Source: Candidatus Iainarchaeum sp.
GTDB taxonomy: Archaea > Iainarchaeota > Iainarchaeia > Iainarchaeales > CSSED10-239
Reading direction: 5' to 3'
Assembly (NCBI GenBank): GCA_028700115.1
Contig: JAQVTI010000003.1
Location: 1-32,000 of the forward strand
Length of the DNA stretch: 32,000 bases
The notes under the pieces are model-generated. The model searched no databases and had not been told where the DNA came from. It saw nothing but the letters and a program-made list of their open reading frames with translations. The position numbers were made by a program, and so were the translations under genes. This document shows positions 26,792 through 32,000 of the stretch, in pieces (position 1 is the first letter of the stretch; each line of letters starts with the position of its first letter).

Positions 26792-29248
26792 TCAAATAAT
26801 TTTTTTTTGTTCATTCTTAAATAAAATATTTTTAGAAACATCAGATTTTAAAAAAACATCTTCCTCTAAATCTTTTTGAATTTCTAAAGCTCTATTTATA
26901 ACAATATCATTAATTCCAGACATTTTTGCAACTTGTATACCGTAACTTTTATCAATACCGCCTTCAATTAATTTATGATAAAAAGAAAGCTTTCCAGAAT
27001 CTTCTTTTGCAATAACATGATAATTTTTAATACCTAAAAACAAATCTTGCATTTTATTTAATAAATGATAATGTGTTGCCACCAAAGTTTTACAATTAAC
27101 AAAATTATTCAAATATTCTATAATAGACCAAGCCAAACTTAAACCATCATAAGTACTTGTACCTCTACCAACTTCATCTAAAATTACAAAACTTTTATTA
27201 GTTGCATTATTTAAAATATATGCAACTTCAGACATTTCAACTAAAAAAGTACTTTGTCCATGAATAATATCATCAGAAGCACCAACTCTAGTAAAAACAG
27301 CATCAATAAAACCAATTTCACTATCATTAGAAGGAATAAAACAGCCTGCATATGCTAAAATAATACTTATACAAACAGAACGCATATAACTACTCTTACC
27401 AGCCATATTTGGACCAGTTATAATCATAGTTTTATTAGTTATATTTAAATTACAATCATTTGGAACAAAATCAGTTAATTTTTCAATAATTGGATGCCTT
27501 AAATCTTTAAAATATAAATGATCTGAATTATTTAATTTTGGTTTAAAATAATTATTCTCCAAACTAATTTGAGCATTTGAACAAATTACATCTAAAAAAC
27601 CTATATTTTTAGATATATCTAAAATATCTTTTTGATATTTTAAAACCTCTTTACAAATATCTAAAAAAATGTTATATTCAAGTTCTAATCTTTTCTCCTT
27701 AGCATTTAAAATTAAACTTTCTTTTTCAGAAAGAATTTTTGTTGTAAATCTTTCAGCATTAACTAAAGTTTGCTTTCTTTCAAAATCATTTGGAACTTGC
27801 TTAGCTTGCATTTTTGGAATTTCTATATAATATCCAAAAATTTTATTAAATTTTAATTTTAAAGACTTAATATTTGTTTCTAATTTTAATTTTTCTTCAT
27901 ACTCTAATAAAAAAGAATTTATAGATTTATGAATGTTAACTAAACTATAAAGTTCATTAGAAAAATTTGGTTTAATAAAATTACCTTCTCTAACACTAAA
28001 AGGAGGGTCTTGAACAATAGAATTATCTATTAAAGAAATTAATTTATCTAAAGATTTTAAATTATTATTAATTGTTGAAAAATAAATTGAATTTAAATTA
28101 TTTAAAATATTTTTAATTTTAGAAACAACTAATAAACTTTGTTTTAAAGAAATTAAATCTCTTGGATTAGAATTACCAAAACCAACTTTACTAATAATTC
28201 TTTCTATATCAGAAATATAACTTAAATTAGTTTTTAAATCTTCCAAAATATAAATATCATTTATAAATTCAGAAATACAATCATATTTATTATTATTATA
28301 AACTAAATCTAAAGAAGGATGTAATAAATCAAAATATAATTGTCTATAACCCATTGCAGTTTTAGTTTTATTAATAAAACCAAATAAACTATTTTTAAGA
28401 TTATTAGAACTTAAACTATTTATAAGTTCTAAATTTTTTATAGTTTTTCGATCTAATTTTAAATATTTATTAAAAGAATAAGATTTAATTGACCTAATAT
28501 AACTTAAATCAGAAAACTGGGTTTCTTTTAAATAATTTAAAGCATTACTACTAGAAATAATTATATGATTTTTAGAATCAATACCAAAAGATTCTAAAGA
28601 ACTTAAAGAAAAATGATCTAATAATTTCTGTCTAGATAAAACTAAATTTAAATCATCAGTATAATTTATAATAACTAAAGGAAGTGTTTTTTTAATCAAA
28701 TCAACTTTATCAAAACTTTTTAAAATATTTTTAGACAATAATAATTCTTTTGGCTTTATTGAAGAAATTTCATTTAATAAACTAGAAAAATCATCAAATT
28801 CACAAACTTTAAAATCACCTGTAGTTATATCTATTAATGAAAACCCATATATATTATTTACAAAAGAAATAGAACCTAGAAAATTATTTTCATAAGAATC
28901 ACTAAAAAGAGTACTTGGTGTAATAACTCTAATTACATCTCTTTTAACAAGACCTTTTGCAAACTTAGGATTTTCCATTTGTTCACAAATTACAACTTTT
29001 TTTCCAGATTTAACTAATTTAGATATATATGGATCTATAGAGTGATATGGAATTCCAGCTAAAGGAGCTTCAGTTAAACCCTTTCCTCTTTTTGTTAAAG
29101 TTATATTTAATATTCTTGAGGCTTCTTTAGCATCATCAAAAAACATTTCATAAAAATCCCCAGCTCTAAATAATAATATACCTTCTGGATATTTTTTTTT
29201 AGTTTCAACATATTGTTTCATCATAGGTGTTAAAGATATATTGTTCAT
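26792..29248 (-). CDS. mutS: DNA mismatch repair protein MutS (bacterial MutS1 type)
   Basis: TPMMKQYVETKKKYPEGILLFRAGDFYEMFFDDA carries the mismatch-binding Phe-x-Glu. Walker A is GPNMAGKSSYMRS, followed by DEVGRGTSTYDG and THYH. The stop lies 11 nt before the mutL start. Confidence 0.93.
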   Translation of the reverse strand: MNNISLTPMMKQYVETKKKYPEGILLFRAGDFYEMFFDDAKEASRILNITLTKRGKGLTEAPLAGIPYHSIDPYISKLVKSGKKVVICEQMENPKFAKGLVKRDVIRVITPSTLFSDSYENNFLGSISFVNNIYGFSLIDITTGDFKVCEFDDFSSLLNEISSIKPKELLLSKNILKSFDKVDLIKKTLPLVIINYTDDLNLVLSRQKLLDHFSLSSLESFGIDSKNHIIISSSNALNYLKETQFSDLSYIRSIKSYSFNKYLKLDRKTIKNLELINSLSSNNLKNSLFGFINKTKTAMGYRQLYFDLLHPSLDLVYNNNKYDCISEFINDIYILEDLKTNLSYISDIERIISKVGFGNSNPRDLISLKQSLLVVSKIKNILNNLNSIYFSTINNNLKSLDKLISLIDNSIVQDPPFSVREGNFIKPNFSNELYSLVNIHKSINSFLLEYEEKLKLETNIKSLKLKFNKIFGYYIEIPKMQAKQVPNDFERKQTLVNAERFTTKILSEKESLILNAKEKRLELEYNIFLDICKEVLKYQKDILDISKNIGFLDVICSNAQISLENNYFKPKLNNSDHLYFKDLRHPIIEKLTDFVPNDCNLNITNKTMIITGPNMAGKSSYMRSVCISIILAYAGCFIPSNDSEIGFIDAVFTRVGASDDIIHGQSTFLVEMSEVAYILNNATNKSFVILDEVGRGTSTYDGLSLAWSIIEYLNNFVNCKTLVATHYHLLNKMQDLFLGIKNYHVIAKEDSGKLSFYHKLIEGGIDKSYGIQVAKMSGINDIVINRALEIQKDLEEDVFLKSDVSKNILFKNEQKKII

Positions 29249-29297
29249 AATATATTATATAATACAAAAACATTTTAAATGAATTTAAAAAAAGAAA

Positions 29298-29371
29298 TGG
29301 TCCCGGGGGGATTTGAACCCCCGACACATAGGTCTTCAGCCTATTGCTCTCCCAGACTGAGCTACGGTACC
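29298..29371 (-). tRNA. tRNA-Phe (GAA)
   Basis: The reverse complement folds as GGTACCG-TA-GCTC-AGTCTGGGA-GAGC-A-ATAGG-CTGAAGA-CCTAT-GTGTC-GGGGG-TTCAAAT-CCCCC-CGGGACC-A. Anticodon GAA, G37 present, no encoded CCA. There is one A4-G69 mismatch in the acceptor stem. Confidence 0.85.
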
Positions 29372-29380
29372 TTTAACTGA

Positions 29381-29455
29381 TGAGCTCGATGGGATTCGAA
29401 CCCACGACACCTGGATTAAGAGTCCAGTGCTCTAACCAGACTGAGCTACGAGCCC
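29381..29455 (-). tRNA. tRNA-Lys (CUU)
   Basis: The reverse complement folds as GGGCTCG-TA-GCTC-AGTCTGGTTA-GAGC-A-CTGGA-CTCTTAA-TCCAG-GTGTC-GTGGG-TTCGAAT-CCCAT-CGAGCTC-A. It is a full cloverleaf with a G2-U71 wobble. Confidence 0.9.
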
Positions 29456-29471
29456 CTTCTAAATAAAAAAA

Positions 29472-29545
29472 TGAATCCAGGGGGATTTGAACCCCCGACA
29501 CCTGGATTAAAAGTCCAGTGCTCTACCAAACTGAGCTATGGATCC
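29472..29545 (-). tRNA. tRNA-Lys (UUU)
   Basis: The reverse complement folds as GGATCCA-TA-GCTC-AGTTTGGTA-GAGC-A-CTGGA-CTTTTAA-TCCAG-GTGTC-GGGGG-TTCAAAT-CCCCC-TGGATTC-A. It is a full cloverleaf. Confidence 0.9.
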
Positions 29546-29689
29546 TAAAATTTAGGTTAATTAAAATATTTTAACTTAGAAATAAATAAAAATTGATTTA
29601 TTATAAGATATATATTATATGTAAGTAAACATTTATAAATTAAATTGTATTATTAAAAAAATAAAAATATATCTAAAAAAAAGAAAAAT

Positions 29690-30214
29690 ATGATTAAAAT
29701 AATAAAACTAGATCATAGACCATTAAGAGACAAAAGAATTACAACTCACTGTGCATTAGTATCTAGAACTTTTGGAGCAGATGAATTTTTATATGCAGGT
29801 GTATGTGATAAAGAACTTGAAAAAAACATAATAAATACTAATGAAAGATGGGGAGATCTAGGATTTAAAATAAAATTTATTAAAGAACCATTGGAATTCG
29901 TTAAAAAATATAAAGGAAATGGAACTATCATACATCTTACTATGTATGGTGGTAAAATTTTAGAATATATTGAAAATATTAAAAAAAATAAAAAAGAAAT
30001 GCTAATAATAATTGGGGGACCTAAAGTTCCAGGAGAATATTATAAACTTGCAGATTTTAATATAAGTGTTACTAATCAACCACATAGTGAAGTTGCAGCA
30101 CTTGCAATAATTTTAAATTATATTAATCCAGAATATTTAGAAAAAGATTTGTTTAAAAGTAATATAAAAATAATTCCAAATAAAGACCATAAAAATGTTA
30201 TTAACTTAAAATAG
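29690..30214 (+). CDS. trm56: tRNA (cytidine56-2'-O)-methyltransferase aTrm56 (SPOUT)
   Basis: IKLDHRPLRDKRITTHCALVSRTFGADEF matches the aTrm56 N-terminal signature (LRLGHRPeRDKRvTTHVaLtARAfGA). The size of 174 aa fits. Confidence 0.85.
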   Translation: MIKIIKLDHRPLRDKRITTHCALVSRTFGADEFLYAGVCDKELEKNIINTNERWGDLGFKIKFIKEPLEFVKKYKGNGTIIHLTMYGGKILEYIENIKKNKKEMLIIIGGPKVPGEYYKLADFNISVTNQPHSEVAALAIILNYINPEYLEKDLFKSNIKIIPNKDHKNVINLK

Positions 30215-30262
30215 TTTTGTAACTTAAATATATTATATTTTAATAAAAATATTTGTGATAAT

Positions 30263-30832
30263 ATGAATAAATTAAAAAAAGAACTATTAAATGATAAAAA
30301 TACAATTAAATTTTTAGAACAAATTGCAGGACCGATTGCAATAGATGTTGTAAAAATTTTTAAAAAAGAAGCATTATCACCTGAAATGATTTCTAAAAAA
30401 CTTGATGAAAAAATTACTAATGTAAGAGCTACATTAAATAGTTTACATTACAGGGGAATTGCATGCTATAAAAAAACAAAAACTAATAACAATTTATATG
30501 AATTTCTATGGGAAATTAAATTTAAAAAAATTATAGAAAATATACATATTCAAGAAATAAAAAAATATAAAAAAATAGAAATGGATATTAATTCAAAAAG
30601 TACACATGATTATTTTGTGTGTCCTAAAAAATGTATAGAAGTTCCTTTTGAAATTGCAGCAGCATATAATTTTAAATGTCCTAATTGTGATTCTAGTTTA
30701 GAAATGGTAGATATAAAAAAAAGATTAGCATTACAAAAAAGAAAATTAAAAACAACAAAAGAAAATATTGAAAAATTAGAAATTCTTTTAGAAAAAATAA
30801 AAGACGATACAAAAGGATATATTTGTGAATAA
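30263..30832 (+). CDS. tfe: Transcription factor E (TFE-alpha, TFIIE-alpha homologue)
   Basis: An N-terminal winged helix (ISKKLDEKITNVRATLNSLHYRGIACYKK......YEFLWEI) is followed by the zinc ribbon CPKKC....CPNCDS and a C-terminal coiled coil. Confidence 0.8.
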   Translation: MNKLKKELLNDKNTIKFLEQIAGPIAIDVVKIFKKEALSPEMISKKLDEKITNVRATLNSLHYRGIACYKKTKTNNNLYEFLWEIKFKKIIENIHIQEIKKYKKIEMDINSKSTHDYFVCPKKCIEVPFEIAAAYNFKCPNCDSSLEMVDIKKRLALQKRKLKTTKENIEKLEILLEKIKDDTKGYICE

Positions 30833-30930
30833 ATTAATTAAATATATTAGATTTGTTTAAATAGTTTTTGGTACATAATTAATTTACTAATTATAAATAA
30901 ATAAACTATTTAAAATTAATCTTATTTTTT

Positions 30931-31005
<75 letters not shown>

Positions 31006-31242
31006 TTATTTATACTAATTTTAAAAATTATAAAAATAAAGTAAGTAAACATAACCTAAACTCAATATATCTTGGACAAATATGCTAAATTGAAAAAATA
31101 TTACTTAAAACTAAAAAAAAACTTGAAATTAAAAAAAAACATTAAAATAACTATTAAATTGCAAATAAAGCCAAAAATAAATGTATTTTAAAAATTAAAG
31201 ACTAATTTAAATATAAAAATCAATTATAAATATATTAAAAGT

Positions 31243-31264
31243 AGTAATTACCATGGTAATTACT
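31243..31264. repeat. 22-bp perfect palindrome AGTAATTACCATGGTAATTACT (two head-to-head GTAATTACCA boxes)
   Basis: Read directly from the sequence. It is self-complementary over all 22 positions. Confidence 0.9.
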
Positions 31265-31425
31265 TAAAAAATAATTTTAAAATAAAATAAAAAATAATAT
31301 ACTACATAAATTGTAATTTACTTAAAAATATAAAATTATTAAATAAAATTAAATTATATAATATAATTTAAAACAAAATATATTTATATATAAAAATAAT
31401 AAAATTTATTAAAAATAAGACTTAT

Positions 31426-31504
31426 AATTACAGTAATTACCATAATTAACTACAAATAATTACTGTAATTACCAAATACTTTAAAAACATTACGGTAATT
31501 ACCA
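31426..31504 (+). repeat. Three phased direct copies of (A/C)ATTAC-N-GTAATTACCA; candidate operator or iteron array
   Basis: AATTACAGTAATTACCA (31426-31442), AATTACTGTAATTACCA (31458-31474) and CATTACGGTAATTACCA (31488-31504). Spacings are 32 and 30 bp. The last copy ends 5 nt before the ATG at 31510. Confidence 0.85.
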
Positions 31505-31509
31505 TATAT

Positions 31510-32000
31510 ATGAATTTAATAAATACTATAAAAAATATATTTAAAAAAAAAGTTAAACATCTTGAAAAAGATTTAAATTATAATTCTAATTTAAATCAAA
31601 ATGAATTAGATAATAATAAAAATGAATTAAATAATAATAAAATACAAATTAATGAAAATATAGAAAATCAAATATATATTAAAAAAACAACAGATAATAA
31701 AAATATACATGAAATACAAACAATAACTATACAAGAATTAAAAAATAATTTAAATACAATTTGGGATATTATTAAAATAAAAGAAAATACTCAAGCAGAA
31801 CATATAATTAAATCAATTCCTAGTGATAACTGGACAACTATGGATGAATTAAGACAAAATATAAAACTTGAATTTGGTATTGAATATAAAAATGAAAAAA
31901 GTTTATATCCTTATTTAAAAACATTAACAGATATAAATTTAATAAAAGTAAATAATACTGGAAAAAAAAGAACATGGAAAAAAAATATTATTATATTAGA
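31510..32000 (+). CDS. Partial ORF (runs off window): N-rich N-terminus plus PadR-like winged-helix domain
   Basis: Not in the supplied ORF track. My hand translation from ATG 31510 is open for 163 codons to the window end: MNLINTIKNIFKKKVKHLEKDLNYNSNLNQNELDNNKNELNNNKIQINEN...TQAEHIIKSIPSDNWTTMDELRQNIKLEFGIEYKNEKSLYPYLKTLTDINLIKVNNTGKKRTWKK. The SLYPxLxxL...G(L/I)I...G..R..(Y/W) pattern resembles PadR-type wHTH. Confidence 0.5.
   Translation, partial: MNLINTIKNIFKKKVKHLEKDLNYNSNLNQNELDNNKNELNNNKIQINENIENQIYIKKTTDNKNIHEIQTITIQELKNNLNTIWDIIKIKENTQAEHIIKSIPSDNWTTMDELRQNIKLEFGIEYKNEKSLYPYLKTLTDINLIKVNNTGKKRTWKKNIIIL

Noticed and set aside
29372-29383. CTGATGA between tRNA-Phe and tRNA-Lys, looked at as a C/D-box sRNA element.
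   Set aside because: The motif is on the non-transcribed orientation relative to the tRNA array and partly overlaps the tRNA-Lys 3' end. No matching C'/D'/D boxes occur at sRNA spacing.

Overview
Extremely AT-rich archaeal chromosome segment (by eye about three quarters or more A+T; not computed). The four tRNA genes are the only GC-rich islands. PolD DP1/DP2, EF-1alpha, uS10, TFE, aTrm56, Taw3 and an A1:U72 initiator tRNA mark it as archaeal. The short, divergent, K/I/N/E-rich proteins suggest a small-genome DPANN-type lineage (inference). The genetic code looks standard: Trp is TGG, and there is no in-frame TGA across the long conserved ORFs. Many starts have GGAGG/GGTGA-type Shine-Dalgarno boxes, which I used to trim several ORF-track starts. 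Left to right: secF-secD (-); a Nog1-like GTPase; a UPF0147-like gene translationally coupled to PolD DP1 and DP2; rps10-tuf (-); a TM/coiled-coil protein with a possible transglutaminase-like C-terminus; a truncated NFACT-N (Rqc2/RqcH-like) protein; a PRC-barrel protein; a DUF373-like membrane protein; SPFH/stomatin; Taw3. A co-directional block at 17.2-25.0 kb holds a secreted beta-rich protein, Elp3, a small wHTH, a small Rossmann-like protein, a 1168-aa lipobox plus C-terminal-anchor coiled-coil giant, and a second secreted anchored protein. Then come bacterial-type mutS-mutL (-), directly downstream of tandem tRNA-Lys(UUU), tRNA-Lys(CUU) and tRNA-Phe(GAA); aTrm56; TFE; and initiator tRNA-Met. 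The window ends with a ~500-bp non-coding spacer carrying five GTAATTACCA boxes, followed by a PadR-like ORF absent from the ORF track that runs off the window. No CRISPR array, rRNA, transposase, integrase or reverse transcriptase is visible. The best candidates for something undescribed are the 19.6-25.0 kb regulator plus giant envelope-protein cluster and the palindrome-box region next to tRNA-iMet. Both calls rest on pattern reading and need profile and structure searches.
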